Part shown: positions 47,382-57,635 of the stretch, in pieces
How positions within the stretch are numbered: the stretch's first letter is position 1
Layout: every line of letters begins with the position of its first letter
Origin: Deltaproteobacteria bacterium
Lineage (GTDB): Bacteria; JAGRBM01; JAHCIT01
DNA length: 64,000 nt
NCBI GenBank assembly: GCA_026129095.1
Contig: JAHCIT010000010.1
Coordinates: 1-64,000 of the forward strand
Direction: 5' to 3'
Position numbers and translations under genes: made by a program
The notes under the pieces: model-generated
What the model saw: the letters and a program-made list of their open reading frames with translations, nothing else
What the model was told of the DNA's origin: nothing
Databases searched by the model: none

Positions 47382-48595
47382 GGCTGGGGCTCTCCGGGCT
47401 GGCTCCCGCCCCGCTGAAACGGGTTCCAGATGACCGGGAGCGTGACGACGCCGGAGCGATGGGCCCGGTCGCCCTTGCTGTTGTTCACGGCAAATACCCG
47501 CCGGTTCTGCATGGGATCGTGGTAGCCAACCAGCAGCCCTTCAGGAATGACAGCAACATTCAGACCAAAATTACCGGTAACGAGCGGCAGGCTGTCTATG
47601 CAGCCTTCCACATGCATTGTCCGGCCCGCCGCTCCACGTACGGGATAGGCGAACTGGCTGATCATGATACCGTCTTCCCGGTGCACGTAAAAAAAGAGGT
47701 CGTAATCAGCCACGGTCCCGTCGGCGACCGAGTCCAGTTCGAAGCCGAACCAGCCTCCGGTCTGGAACTGGCGTGCCTGTACCCTGTCGCGTCCGAACAG
47801 GCGGAAATTCCGGATTTGTACCGGGATATGTTGTGGCTGATAGTTCACCCACTGGCCCGAAAGTCCCCATATGCCCATGGCGACCTGCCGCCGGTCGCCG
47901 GCCGAACGCTGGTAGGTATCGATTACTTCGCCGCTGGGTCCATCCGCCATGAGGCGCCCGGATTCCAGCCACAGGGTCCGGCGGCACATGTGTTCCACGC
48001 GGTATAGGTCATGGGAGGCGAAGATGACCGATGTGCCACGATCAAGGATCGAGGCGATCTTGCGGTTGCACTTGATCTGGAACTCCTCATCGCCCACGAG
48101 CAGCACTTCGTCCAGCAGGAGGATGTCACCCGTCTCAACCGTGGCGGCGGCGAACCCCAGGCGCAGGATCATTCCCTGTGAATAGGTGGCGAGTGGTTTT
48201 CCCAGCCGGTCGCCAAGACCGCTGAAACTGGCCGCCTCGTTCCATGCAATCTCCATGCGATCTTCGGGGATGCCGCGAAGCAGGAGTGCAAGACGGAGGT
48301 TCTCGGCGCCCGACAGAACGGCCGAGAAAGGGGCCGTGAGCTCAAGGACACTTGATACCCGGCCGCTCAGGGCAATTGTGCCGCGTGTGGGAGTAAGAAC
48401 TCCGGCAGCGAGCCGGAGCAGGGTGGTTTTCCCGGCCCCATTGGGGCCGACGAGACCGACCGATTCGCCCGGCTGGATCGTGAAATTCACGTCTGCCAGG
48501 GCCCAGATGCCGCCCGCCGGGTTATTGGTAGCGGCGGGCGGAACTCCCCGCCCGAACCATTTGGAAAGCCCCGAGGCTTTTAAACCGCCGGTCAT
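47378..48595 (-). CDS. wzt: Polysaccharide ABC exporter ATPase with Wzt_C-like domain
   Basis: WALADVNF, GPNGAGKTT, YSQGMILRLGFA and LLDEVLLVGD motifs plus a C-terminal beta domain; ATG 48595. Confidence 0.9.
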   Translation of the reverse strand: MTGGLKASGLSKWFGRGVPPAATNNPAGGIWALADVNFTIQPGESVGLVGPNGAGKTTLLRLAAGVLTPTRGTIALSGRVSSVLELTAPFSAVLSGAENLRLALLLRGIPEDRMEIAWNEAASFSGLGDRLGKPLATYSQGMILRLGFAAATVETGDILLLDEVLLVGDEEFQIKCNRKIASILDRGTSVIFASHDLYRVEHMCRRTLWLESGRLMADGPSGEVIDTYQRSAGDRRQVAMGIWGLSGQWVNYQPQHIPVQIRNFRLFGRDRVQARQFQTGGWFGFELDSVADGTVADYDLFFYVHREDGIMISQFAYPVRGAAGRTMHVEGCIDSLPLVTGNFGLNVAVIPEGLLVGYHDPMQNRRVFAVNNSKGDRAHRSGVVTLPVIWNPFQRGGSQPGEPQP

Positions 48596-49557
48596 CGGGA
48601 TTCCGTCCTGTCCGGAACGCCGTCCGGCCCCGGTGTATCGCCGGGACGGCGGCGGAAACCTTCGGGGAGCAACCACTCGGGCACGGCGAGGTCGAGGCGA
48701 GAGGCTCCCCGCGCCATCTGGTGAAGAAGCCGGTAGAGAACCGATTGGCGCAGGTCCCTCAGGCCGGCCTTGAGCCCGGTTACCTCCTGCGTGAGCTGGT
48801 GGATCACCTGCCGGTATCCGCTGGTACTTTCTACCTCAAAACGGGACAAGGGCCCCAGTGCACTGGTGTTCTGGATGCCGGCACCGAGTTTCCGCATGGA
48901 GGCGACCGCCGTCCAGCCACGATGCTCAAGGTCCGGAAGCCGGACAGACATTTCCTCGTGTCCGACGGGCAGCACGGTTGCTCCAGCATAGGTGACGAGC
49001 CGGAACAGCCGGACGTGGGGAAAGTGCTGGCGAAGGAGACCCATGAAACGGCCCTGGCTGAACTTCACGCGATGATGGGGGTTTGAACCGGTCAGGAGTT
49101 CGTCATTGGGCACACTAATAATGACATGCCCGTCTGGCCTGACCACACGGCGGAACTCGGCCACGGCGGCGCCGGGCTCTTCCAGATGCTCGATCACTTC
49201 CATGGCGCAGACAAGATCAAAGGACCGGTCGGCATAAGGGAGCGTTTCTGCCATACCCTGCTGGAGATGAACGTTCTCGCCCAGCCGCTCGCGTGCGGCG
49301 GTAATGGCCTCTGGTGACCGGTCGAGCCCGAATAGTTCGGTGGCACCAGTGTCCCGCGCCAGACCGAGGAAAATCCCCTCACCACAGCCCACATCCAGAA
49401 CCCGGCGGCTAGGCGCGAGCTGGGCGGCGAAGCGGTAGCGGGCCTCGTGCTCGAGCGAAAGCTGGGTAAGCCGGGAATAGCCAGCCCGGGTGAGCCGCTC
49501 GGGGATGTTCAAGGGGTCAGGGTTCATCGTGGAGCCCAGTATACCGGATTCAGGCAA
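48592..49557 (-). CDS. Class I SAM methyltransferase with C-terminal coiled coil
   Basis: EHEARYRFA, VLDVGCGEG, FDLVCAMEVIEHL and NPHH motifs; start possibly 49527. Confidence 0.88.
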   Translation of the reverse strand: MPESGILGSTMNPDPLNIPERLTRAGYSRLTQLSLEHEARYRFAAQLAPSRRVLDVGCGEGIFLGLARDTGATELFGLDRSPEAITAARERLGENVHLQQGMAETLPYADRSFDLVCAMEVIEHLEEPGAAVAEFRRVVRPDGHVIISVPNDELLTGSNPHHRVKFSQGRFMGLLRQHFPHVRLFRLVTYAGATVLPVGHEEMSVRLPDLEHRGWTAVASMRKLGAGIQNTSALGPLSRFEVESTSGYRQVIHQLTQEVTGLKAGLRDLRQSVLYRLLHQMARGASRLDLAVPEWLLPEGFRRRPGDTPGPDGVPDRTESR

Positions 49558-49593
49558 AAGACACGCCGGCGCGAATCACGGACAAAAGAAGTG

Positions 49594-49977
49594 CTATGCC
49601 CCGTTCATCCCGATTCCAAGCAAACCGGCGCAGGTGCGTGAAATCTCGGTGACGTTGGACGGCTTGCGCAAAAACTGGTTTGCGCCTTCGCGGACGGCGA
49701 CGATGCGGAGGTCAATGGCCGAATAGAAAAGTACCGGCATCTCCTTCCCAGCGGGGCTGTTCCGGAGCCGTTTGAGCGTTTCGAGACCGTCAATGTTCGG
49801 CATCAGATGATCCAGAACCATCAGGTCAAACTGTTCCTTTTCGAGCAGTTCCAGTGCATCCAGTCCTGACGGCACTGTCGTAACGGAGACGTCCAGCATC
49901 CGCTCCAGCGTTGTCTTGAGGAGCTTCGAGAGATTGGGGTCGTCATCGCAGACGAGAACGCGCTTGGCTACGGTCAC
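49594..49977 (-). CDS. Stand-alone receiver (CheY-like) protein
   Basis: VLVCDDD, VLDHLMP and RKP motifs; GTG 49977 is the likely start. Confidence 0.85.
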   Translation of the reverse strand: MTVAKRVLVCDDDPNLSKLLKTTLERMLDVSVTTVPSGLDALELLEKEQFDLMVLDHLMPNIDGLETLKRLRNSPAGKEMPVLFYSAIDLRIVAVREGANQFLRKPSNVTEISRTCAGLLGIGMNGA

Positions 49978-49984
49978 TGGTATC

Positions 49985-50206
49985 TCAGATACGCCGCCGG
50001 ATTTCGTCGGCGAACTCGGGCCGCTTGAGCCGGGCAGAGGCGAGGAAATGGGACAAACCGAGCCGGAAATCGTTTTCCTGTCCGGTTTCCCGGTAACGCC
50101 GGTCCAGCACGTCAAGCCGGACTGACCAGTCTTCGGCCGTCCAGGACAGCTCGTGTGCCTGGATCAGGGCCTGAATAACCGGAGGGTTCTTGCGCGGTGA
50201 TGGCAT
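49985..50206 (-). CDS. Small hypothetical protein
   Basis: 73-aa ORF directly upstream of and co-directional with the receiver gene. Confidence 0.5.
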   Translation of the reverse strand: MPSPRKNPPVIQALIQAHELSWTAEDWSVRLDVLDRRYRETGQENDFRLGLSHFLASARLKRPEFADEIRRRI

Positions 50207-50219
50207 AGGCGAATCCCGG

Positions 50220-50393
50220 GTGCTTGACGGCCTTGAGCCGTTAAATCCGGGCCTTGTTTAGCCCCCCTCACTCGGTAGGGCAAGGCCACCGGAAGATAGG
50301 ATTGTCCTGGCCGAATCTGGAGTGAGGCTGGCCTCTTTAGGCTTGGGGTACGGCCCAGACGCAGACTGACTTCTGGTGGACTTGAGGCTGCAC
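50220..50393 (+). ncRNA. Candidate rod-shaped structured RNA (6S-like size and architecture; unverified)
   Basis: Six nested helices spanning the intergenic region; see findings. Confidence 0.35.
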
Positions 50394-50674
50394 TATTTCA
50401 TCAGCCGGTGACCCAGCTCATTTTCATCAAGGAACGAGAGAAAGTAGATTTGCCCGCGTTCCCGGCCGCTCAGGATGAACGCCGGGTCATGTTCTCCACG
50501 GAGCTCCATGACGGCACCGGCTTCCAGGCGGAAGCGGGTACCAGCCGGGAGGGTATCGCCGGGTTTCAGGGGGAAACGATCCTGTTTGCGGGCTGTCAGC
50601 CGTGCGGCCTCTCCCTGAAGCCGTATGACGGCGACTTCACCTCTGATTCGAATAGACTCGAACGGTACGGCCAT
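50393..50674 (-). CDS. Small hypothetical protein (FecR N-terminal-like beta pattern)
   Basis: AVIRLQGEA...PLKPGDTLPAGTRFRLEAGAVMEL pattern. Confidence 0.5.
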   Translation of the reverse strand: MAVPFESIRIRGEVAVIRLQGEAARLTARKQDRFPLKPGDTLPAGTRFRLEAGAVMELRGEHDPAFILSGRERGQIYFLSFLDENELGHRLMK

Positions 50675-51737
50675 AATACCGTTAGCCTGTCATGGGGCGT
50701 TTCGGCCAGCAAGCCGGACGTCCAGACGTGCCGGAGGTAGCAGTCTGATCCCTCGCACCAAACAGCGGGCAAGTGTCGCACGGACGGTCACGTTCGGCGT
50801 ACTGCTGACCATCGCGGCCGTGACGCTCACTGTGGGCTGGAATATCCTGATGGTGCGGGACTATCTGCACCTGCGCCAGCTTAAGGAGCGGATCGGAGCC
50901 TCGCACTGGGTGGTGCTGGGGTTCGGGTCGCTTTTTTTCGCCCTTATCATCACCGGACTCATCCTGTTCATCATCCGGCTGGTCCGGCAGATACGGCTGA
51001 ACGAGCAGCAACAGTCGTTCATCGATTCGATCACCCATGAGCTGAAGACACCCCTGGCGTCGCTGTCGCTCTATCTCGAAACGCTGCAGAGCCGTGACGT
51101 GGACCCGCCAATACGAAACGAGTTCTACGGGACCATGCGCAAGGAACTCGACCGGCTGAACCGGGTTATCGACGAGGTACTCCAAGTCCAGACGATTGAT
51201 GCATTTGACTACCGGGACCGGTTCCAGACGGTGGGACTGGGGCAGTTGCTTGATGAATGCGTACGGGATGCCAGGGAGCGGTACGGTTTGGCTGCGGAGC
51301 AGTGTGACTGGAGCCGGACCGGAGACGCGGCCGTATGGGGTGACATGGAACTGCTCCGGGTGCTGTTCCGCAACCTGCTGGATAACGCAGTCAAGTATAG
51401 CGGCGACCGGATCCGTATCCGGATCGCGATGGATTGCACGGTTCCCGGACAGGCGGTTGTCACGGTATCCGACGAAGGTGTCGGGATATCGACTTCCGCG
51501 CTGGGCTATGTGTTTGACCGGTTTTATCGCGCCCCGGACGATCAGGTGAAACGACGGTCTGGTTCTGGTCTTGGCCTGTATCTCGCCGCCCGGTCCGTTG
51601 GCCTGCACAAGGGAAAGATCGAGGCACTGTCAGAAGGCGAGGGTAAGGGGACGACGTTCCGGGTCATTCTGCCTGTGATGGACGAGGCCGCGCTCGCCGC
51701 CGTTTCCGGTGTGCAGATGGAGCAGACCCATGCCTAA
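50625..51737 (+). CDS. Two-TM sensor histidine kinase (true start probably ~50745-50773)
   Basis: ITHELKTPL, NLLDNAVKYS, DEGVGI, FDRFYR and GSGLGL motifs. Confidence 0.92.
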   Translation: MTATSPLIRIDSNGTAIIPLACHGAFRPASRTSRRAGGSSLIPRTKQRASVARTVTFGVLLTIAAVTLTVGWNILMVRDYLHLRQLKERIGASHWVVLGFGSLFFALIITGLILFIIRLVRQIRLNEQQQSFIDSITHELKTPLASLSLYLETLQSRDVDPPIRNEFYGTMRKELDRLNRVIDEVLQVQTIDAFDYRDRFQTVGLGQLLDECVRDARERYGLAAEQCDWSRTGDAAVWGDMELLRVLFRNLLDNAVKYSGDRIRIRIAMDCTVPGQAVVTVSDEGVGISTSALGYVFDRFYRAPDDQVKRRSGSGLGLYLAARSVGLHKGKIEALSEGEGKGTTFRVILPVMDEAALAAVSGVQMEQTHA

Positions 51738-52455
51738 GCTGCTGCTGGTGGAGGACGATACGGCACTCGCGCGGGGACTCCAGTTCAACTTGGACCAGGA
51801 GGGTTTCGAAGTAACGGTCGTGGATGACGGCCGGGTGGCGAGTGACCGCGTGCAGAAGGAAAAATTCGATCTCGTCGTGCTCGATGGCATGCTGCCGGGA
51901 ATGGACGGTACCGAAGTGGTACGCAGCATGCGCAAGGCCGATAACTATACGCCGGTGCTGATGCTCACGGCCCGTTCCCTGCCGGATGACCATATGCGAG
52001 GCCTCGAAGCCGGAGCGGATGACTATCTTACCAAACCGTTCGATTTCCGGGTACTGCTGGCACATATCAACGGGTTGCTTCGCCGGGAGCAGTGGCTGAA
52101 AGGGAATGGTTCGACCGGTACAGGAGGCCCGGTCCGGATGGGGGTAGCCACGGTGGATTTCGCCCGGCACGAACTGGTCCGGGAGGGAGAGCATCATACG
52201 CTGACCATGAAGGAAGCGATGCTGCTGAAGCTGTTTGCCACCAACCCCGGCAGGCTGGTCCCCCGCGCCGAATTGCTGGAAAAGGTATGGGATCTGCGGC
52301 CGGACACCAATACCCGAACGGCGGACGCTTTCATCGTCCGGCTCCGGCGGTTTATCGAGAAAGACCCGGTGGAACCCCAGTATCTTGTTACGGTGCGGGG
52401 CCTTGGGTACCGGTACGATCCGGAAGGTTCCGGCGAACCTCCCGCTTCCATGTGA
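51730..52455 (+). CDS. OmpR/PhoB-family response regulator
   Basis: LVEDD, LDGMLP and KPF receiver motifs plus a wHTH ending TVRGLGYR. Confidence 0.95.
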   Translation: MPKLLLVEDDTALARGLQFNLDQEGFEVTVVDDGRVASDRVQKEKFDLVVLDGMLPGMDGTEVVRSMRKADNYTPVLMLTARSLPDDHMRGLEAGADDYLTKPFDFRVLLAHINGLLRREQWLKGNGSTGTGGPVRMGVATVDFARHELVREGEHHTLTMKEAMLLKLFATNPGRLVPRAELLEKVWDLRPDTNTRTADAFIVRLRRFIEKDPVEPQYLVTVRGLGYRYDPEGSGEPPASM

Positions 52456-52500
52456 TAGAGTCGCTGCCTCAAATGCATCAAGGAAAGGCGGACCTCAGGC

Positions 52501-53409
52501 ATGGCCCAGCGCCCGACACCCGTTCCCTCTGAAAAACTGTCGCTGTGGAGGCGCATCGCACTCCATGTCTGGGGCGAGCCCACGTCGCCCACGATCTGCG
52601 CGACCCGTGACTACGATGTCGAGAACGCCATTCGGTTTCTGGACTGGTACAACAGCGCCCATGAAACGCACGTCACGATGACTGCGCTGCTTATCAAGGC
52701 AGCGGCGCTCAGTATCCAGAAATACCCGGAACTGAACCGGCGGATTGTGGCTGGACGTCTTTACGACCTTCCCACGATCGATATCGCCGCGCCGGTGAAC
52801 CTGGGAGGCCAGGGCGAGACGGCGATGATCCTGATCCGGGACGCGGACAAAAAAACGCTCGATGAAATCGCCACTGACCTGAAAGGACGGGTCAGGGCGA
52901 CAAAGGAGACCAGTTCGAAGCTGGAAAACCAGAACGAGATCGGAAAAATTATCGATGCCGTTCCTCCGTTCATATTGGGAGCGGTCGTTCGGGTGGCGAA
53001 GTTTGCCGTGACAAATTTCAATATCGCCGAGCTGGTTCCGAACATGGATATGAGCCCCGGCAGTTTTTCAGTCAGCTCACTCGGCATGAATGAGGCAGCG
53101 ACGTTCACGGGTCTCGCCCTCATGCCGCCTGCCGGCATGGGTGTGGTGGGATCAATGATCGTGGGGCGGGTCGAGCCTAAGCCAGTCGCCGAAAATGGAA
53201 AGGTGGTGATCCGGCACCGGTTGCCGCTCATGGCATTTTTTGATCACCGCGCTGTGGATGGCTGGAAGATCACCCGTTACGGGCAGTTCTGGCAGGATTT
53301 CCTGAAAAATCCCGGCGCCTTCCTCGATATCGAGTGGGACATGAACGGACCATCCCGGTCAAAAGGACCGAAGACAGCGAAGCCAAGACGCGGCATGAAG
53401 AACAAATAG
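52501..53409 (+). CDS. Stand-alone 2-oxoacid dehydrogenase E2-like acyltransferase catalytic domain
   Basis: IRDADKKTLDEIA, GSFSVSSLG and FDHRAVDG motifs; no lipoyl domain. Confidence 0.85.
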   Translation: MAQRPTPVPSEKLSLWRRIALHVWGEPTSPTICATRDYDVENAIRFLDWYNSAHETHVTMTALLIKAAALSIQKYPELNRRIVAGRLYDLPTIDIAAPVNLGGQGETAMILIRDADKKTLDEIATDLKGRVRATKETSSKLENQNEIGKIIDAVPPFILGAVVRVAKFAVTNFNIAELVPNMDMSPGSFSVSSLGMNEAATFTGLALMPPAGMGVVGSMIVGRVEPKPVAENGKVVIRHRLPLMAFFDHRAVDGWKITRYGQFWQDFLKNPGAFLDIEWDMNGPSRSKGPKTAKPRRGMKNK

Positions 53410-53418
53410 GCGGGCCTC

Positions 53419-55263
53419 TCATCCCAAGGACGGGGGCCGGACCGGCAGGATTACCGTCATTGTCGTGCCCTCACCAGGGGCGCTTTTCACCTCGATGCGG
53501 CCGCCATGGGCTTCGACCGATCGGTGAGTGATGGCGAGGCCAAGGCCTGCTCCCCGGTTCTTGGTCGTAAAAAACGGTTCAAAAATACGCTCCTGCATTT
53601 CCGGCGGAATCCCCTTGCCGGTATCGGTTACGGTAACGCGGCACCACTCCTGGTCGCAGGCAATGTGTGTGCGGATCGTACCCGAGTTGTTCATTGCATG
53701 CGCGGCATTGATGAGCAGGTTCAGGAACACTCCGCGGAGAAGCTCCGTATCGCCTGTGCAGCGGGCCTGGTCCCCGGATAACTCGACATGGACTTGCCGG
53801 AAGTCGGCATCCTGTGATGCGTTTCTGACAGTCTCCTGAAAGAGGGAAACCAGATCGAGTGGCATAAACCGGGGCACTCGTGGCCGGGCATAGTTGAGCA
53901 GCTCGGTCATGGTCTTATGGAGGGTATCAATCCGGTCAAGGATACTCTGGATGATCTTGAGGTCGGGGTTGTCGGCGGGCATCCGGCGGGCGATCACCTG
54001 AAGGGCCCCGCTGATTCCGGCGAGCGGGTTCTTCACCTCGTGGGCCACGACGGCCGACATTTCCCCAAGCCTTGCCAGTGTGGCCTGTTCCTGCATCTGC
54101 CTGACCGTGCGCTGCCGGGCCGTTTCGGCCTCCACCATCGGAGTGATGTCGAACCGGATCGACACGTACTGATAGGGCTTTTCGTCCCGCCCCAGAAACG
54201 GGATAATGGTCGTGGCTACCCAGTAAAAGCTTCCGTCTTTCCGCTTGTTGCGAATGATCCCACGCCAGGTTTTCCCTGACTGGATCGTGTTCCAGAGATT
54301 TTCCATAAAGGGCCTGGGGTGCAGACCGGAGTTCAGTATCCGGTGGTCGCGGCCAAGTAGCTCGTCACGCGAGTAACCGGATATCTCGCAGAACCGGTCA
54401 TTGGCATAGGTAATGAGCCCCTTGCTATCGGCAATGGCGACAATGGCGGCCTGATCGAGTGCGAACTTATAATCCTCCAGGTTCTTAAATGACTGCTGCA
54501 GGTCTTCCTGGTAACGGCTGAGTTCGCTGCGGGACCGGGCGAGCTGGTCCTGGGCGCGGCGTGAATCGGTCACGTCGATGCCGGAACTGATGGTCCCGGC
54601 AATGCGGCCGCGACCGTCCCTCAACTCGGTATTTCGCCAGGAAATAGTCCGGATTTCGCCCGTGCCGGTAAGCACCGGATTTTCAAACCGTTCAATCCGG
54701 GTACCGTCGCTCCTCAGGTTCATGCTGTGGACGAGGGCGATCTGGCCGCGGTGGCTGGGCGGGATAAATGATTCGATCCAGTTTTTTCCGATGATCTCTG
54801 CTTCGGGCAGACCCAGCAGCCGGCTGCCCGCCTCATTGATCCGCAGGACGGTTCCTGCGGGATCGAGCACGACATAAATGATGTCCGCAGTGTCCAGATA
54901 GTTTTTGAGTTCTGTTGCACTCGCCGCTGCTCCCGGCTCGATACGCTGGCGGAGCAGAACGATGTATGCCGTGAGCCAGATGCCGGTGAGGGGCAGCAGC
55001 ATGGCCGCGAGCGAGGCGGCCAGAGTTTCTCCACTGGCCGGAGCATGGAGAATGACGGCCGCTAGTGACGAGAGCAGGGCCAGCAGGAAGGTGACGGCCC
55101 GGTACGGCTGCAGGACGGCTATGACCACAGGCAAAACCAGCGCCGCATCAATCGCCGCACCATCCGGCGCCCACGGCGAATGATGCCATGCCGTTGCACC
55201 GGCTATGAGGGCGCAACCTGCGCCAATAGTCAGGGCTGTCCGTGTGGAGTCCTTTATAGCCAT
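53419..55263 (-). CDS. Membrane PAS-PAS sensor histidine kinase
   Basis: N-terminal TMs, two PAS/PAC domains, [14 protein letters not shown] and FEPFFTTK motifs. Confidence 0.92.
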   Translation of the reverse strand: MAIKDSTRTALTIGAGCALIAGATAWHHSPWAPDGAAIDAALVLPVVIAVLQPYRAVTFLLALLSSLAAVILHAPASGETLAASLAAMLLPLTGIWLTAYIVLLRQRIEPGAAASATELKNYLDTADIIYVVLDPAGTVLRINEAGSRLLGLPEAEIIGKNWIESFIPPSHRGQIALVHSMNLRSDGTRIERFENPVLTGTGEIRTISWRNTELRDGRGRIAGTISSGIDVTDSRRAQDQLARSRSELSRYQEDLQQSFKNLEDYKFALDQAAIVAIADSKGLITYANDRFCEISGYSRDELLGRDHRILNSGLHPRPFMENLWNTIQSGKTWRGIIRNKRKDGSFYWVATTIIPFLGRDEKPYQYVSIRFDITPMVEAETARQRTVRQMQEQATLARLGEMSAVVAHEVKNPLAGISGALQVIARRMPADNPDLKIIQSILDRIDTLHKTMTELLNYARPRVPRFMPLDLVSLFQETVRNASQDADFRQVHVELSGDQARCTGDTELLRGVFLNLLINAAHAMNNSGTIRTHIACDQEWCRVTVTDTGKGIPPEMQERIFEPFFTTKNRGAGLGLAITHRSVEAHGGRIEVKSAPGEGTTMTVILPVRPPSLG

Positions 55264-55319
55264 TCTGGAAACAGCATGCCGCGCCGCGTGGTGGGCGAAA
55301 CTGATTTAAGTCATATGGC

Positions 55320-56804
55320 TCAGATTGAAATGCCGGGCGTATAGTCCGGCACGGGCCCGCGGATCGGGAAATGGCGCAAATCCCGGTCGATGACGGCCTG
55401 CAGAAAGTCGTTCACCCAGCGACCGATGTTATCCCGCTCGACGATACGGCGGAGCTTACGCATACGCGTCCGTCTTTCTTCCGGAGACATGATAATCGCC
55501 TGGTGAATAGCTGCACCCATCCCTTCGATATCGAAGGGATTGACGAGCAGGGCCCCGGACTGGAGCTGGCCGGCCGAACCGGCGAATTCACTTAAGATCA
55601 GTGCTCCATTCAGGTCGGACTTGCAGGCGCAATACTCCTTGGCGACAAGATTCATACCGTCTTTCAGCGGCGTCACCAGGGCTACGTCGGCGACCCGGTA
55701 GTTGGCGAGCAGTTCAGCCCGGTTGAGATTCCGGTAGAAGTAGTGGATCGGCACCCAGCCGAGCTGGCTGAACTGACCGTTGATCCTGCTGACGAGCTGC
55801 TCGATTTCGGTCTTGAGTTGCCGGTACTGAGGGATGATCTGGCGGCTGGGAACTACGACCTGTACGAAAGTGACGTGCCCCTGCAGTTCAGGATGCTTTT
55901 TCAGGGCTTCCTCAAACGCCCGAAGCCGGTGGGGGATCCCTTTGGTATAATCCAAGCGGTCCACGCCGAGAACGATCTGCCGGTTTGGCAATTCACGATG
56001 GATTTTTTCCGAACGGGCAATAACAGATGGTTCCTGCGCACCTCTGGAAAATTCATGGAAATCGATACCGATAGGGAAGCTACCGACACGAAGTTTTCGT
56101 CTGCCAAAGGTGATGTCGGAGAGCGGGCCACGGGTTTTGATCCTCACTCCATCCACCAGCATCCGGACGCATTGGAGGAACTTCCGGTGATCACGGATGG
56201 TCTGGAAACCAACCAGATCGAACTGCAACAGGCCCCGCAGGACATCGGCTCGCCAAGGTAGCTTGATGAAGTTGTCCGGAGACGGAAACGGCGTGTGCAG
56301 GAAGAACCCAATCCGGTTGGGTACTTTCCGGTTACGTAACTCATGGGCTACGTTCATCAGGTGATAGTCATGCACCCACAGAAAGTCTCCTGGCTCAAGG
56401 GAGTGGATAATCACGTCGGCAAACCTTCTGTTCACACGCCGGTAGGCTTCCCAGTACGAGGGGTCGAAATTGCAGGGTGTAATGAAATCATGGAACAGGG
56501 GCCAGATGATCTCGTTGGAAAAGCCAAGATAGAATCTGTCCACGTCGTTCTGGCTGAGTGGTACCGGTTTCAGGAAAAAGCCGGTGTCGTCATGATAGTC
56601 GCTGAGGAGCTGCTCGGTGTTGGCCTTTGGATCGGAGGTGCCGGGCCATCCGATCCACATGCCGCCACGGCTCCTAAGTAGCGGCGTCAGCGCCGTCACA
56701 AGGCCCCCTGAACTGGGTTTTGCCTGCCAGCGGTTCCCGGTCTGTTCGACGGTTACTGGCAGCCGGTTGGCCACGATGACCAGCCTTTGAGTATTCCTTT
56801 TCAT
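55320..56804 (-). CDS. otsA: Trehalose-6-phosphate synthase
   Basis: [30 protein letters not shown] and [10 protein letters not shown] motifs. Confidence 0.97.
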   Translation of the reverse strand: MKRNTQRLVIVANRLPVTVEQTGNRWQAKPSSGGLVTALTPLLRSRGGMWIGWPGTSDPKANTEQLLSDYHDDTGFFLKPVPLSQNDVDRFYLGFSNEIIWPLFHDFITPCNFDPSYWEAYRRVNRRFADVIIHSLEPGDFLWVHDYHLMNVAHELRNRKVPNRIGFFLHTPFPSPDNFIKLPWRADVLRGLLQFDLVGFQTIRDHRKFLQCVRMLVDGVRIKTRGPLSDITFGRRKLRVGSFPIGIDFHEFSRGAQEPSVIARSEKIHRELPNRQIVLGVDRLDYTKGIPHRLRAFEEALKKHPELQGHVTFVQVVVPSRQIIPQYRQLKTEIEQLVSRINGQFSQLGWVPIHYFYRNLNRAELLANYRVADVALVTPLKDGMNLVAKEYCACKSDLNGALILSEFAGSAGQLQSGALLVNPFDIEGMGAAIHQAIIMSPEERRTRMRKLRRIVERDNIGRWVNDFLQAVIDRDLRHFPIRGPVPDYTPGISI

Positions 56805-57628
56805 TACTCTGTTACCCTGGATATTTTTCCGGTACCCAAGCGGAGGCTGAGCCAGCTTTCCAGTAATCCCTGAAGCTCTTCGGGCGATTCCAGGCGCCAG
56901 TGGGCGGCGGTAGGCCGGGTGGCGGGGCCAACCTGTATCCCCAGTGCATTATCCGGCAGCACTGCAAAGGCGTCCTCATCGGTCAGATCGTCGCCCGCAT
57001 AAATGGCGAAGGTATTGGGAGGAGATTCGGAAATGATTTGCGAGACGGCCGTTCCCTTGTTGGTTTCCCCTGCTTTCAGTTCCAGTCCGCCATCGAAGGG
57101 GTGCAGCAGCAGTTCATGGTTATGTGCGATCTCTCCCCATGCCGCAGCAGTCCAGTGCCGGATACGGACGATCTCTCCGGAAGAGAGCCCACGCCAGTGG
57201 ATCGCCACCGAGGCGGCTTTCCGTTCAATCTGCGGGGAAAAGCCGGCATCGCTGGCGACTTTCATGGCCAGGTCAAGGCCGGCCCGTGCGAGTGCGGGGG
57301 GCTTCCGCCGGTCCAGTTGTCCACTGGAACGGCGGACCTCCCACCCATGGGCACCCCAGATATCGGGAAGGGGATCGAAGCGGAGCAGTGCAGCCACTTC
57401 ATCGGCTGGTCGCCCGCTGACAATAGCCACATGGACGGCCGGGGCGTTCATCCACGACTTGAGGACGGGCAGCACCCAGGGTGACGGGTACGCCAGATGT
57501 CTGTCAGCCTGGAATGGGGCGAGAGTCCCGTCATAGTCGAGCATCAAGACCAGTTCAGTGCCATTGGTGATTCGCCGGTTGACCGCATCGGGGTCAGGCT
57601 GGGGTCGAAGCACCTTCACTGGAGGCAT
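56804..57628 (-). CDS. otsB: Trehalose-6-phosphate phosphatase
   Basis: LDYDGTL, VSGR, NKG and GDDLTDEDAF HAD motifs. Confidence 0.93.
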   Translation of the reverse strand: MPPVKVLRPQPDPDAVNRRITNGTELVLMLDYDGTLAPFQADRHLAYPSPWVLPVLKSWMNAPAVHVAIVSGRPADEVAALLRFDPLPDIWGAHGWEVRRSSGQLDRRKPPALARAGLDLAMKVASDAGFSPQIERKAASVAIHWRGLSSGEIVRIRHWTAAAWGEIAHNHELLLHPFDGGLELKAGETNKGTAVSQIISESPPNTFAIYAGDDLTDEDAFAVLPDNALGIQVGPATRPTAAHWRLESPEELQGLLESWLSLRLGTGKISRVTE

Positions 57629-57635
57629 TACCTTT

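Noticed and set aside
50207..50392. SRP RNA, lysine riboswitch or c-di-GMP riboswitch
   Set aside because: No SRP helix-8 motif; only scattered short matches to riboswitch consensuses, and the gene context does not fit.
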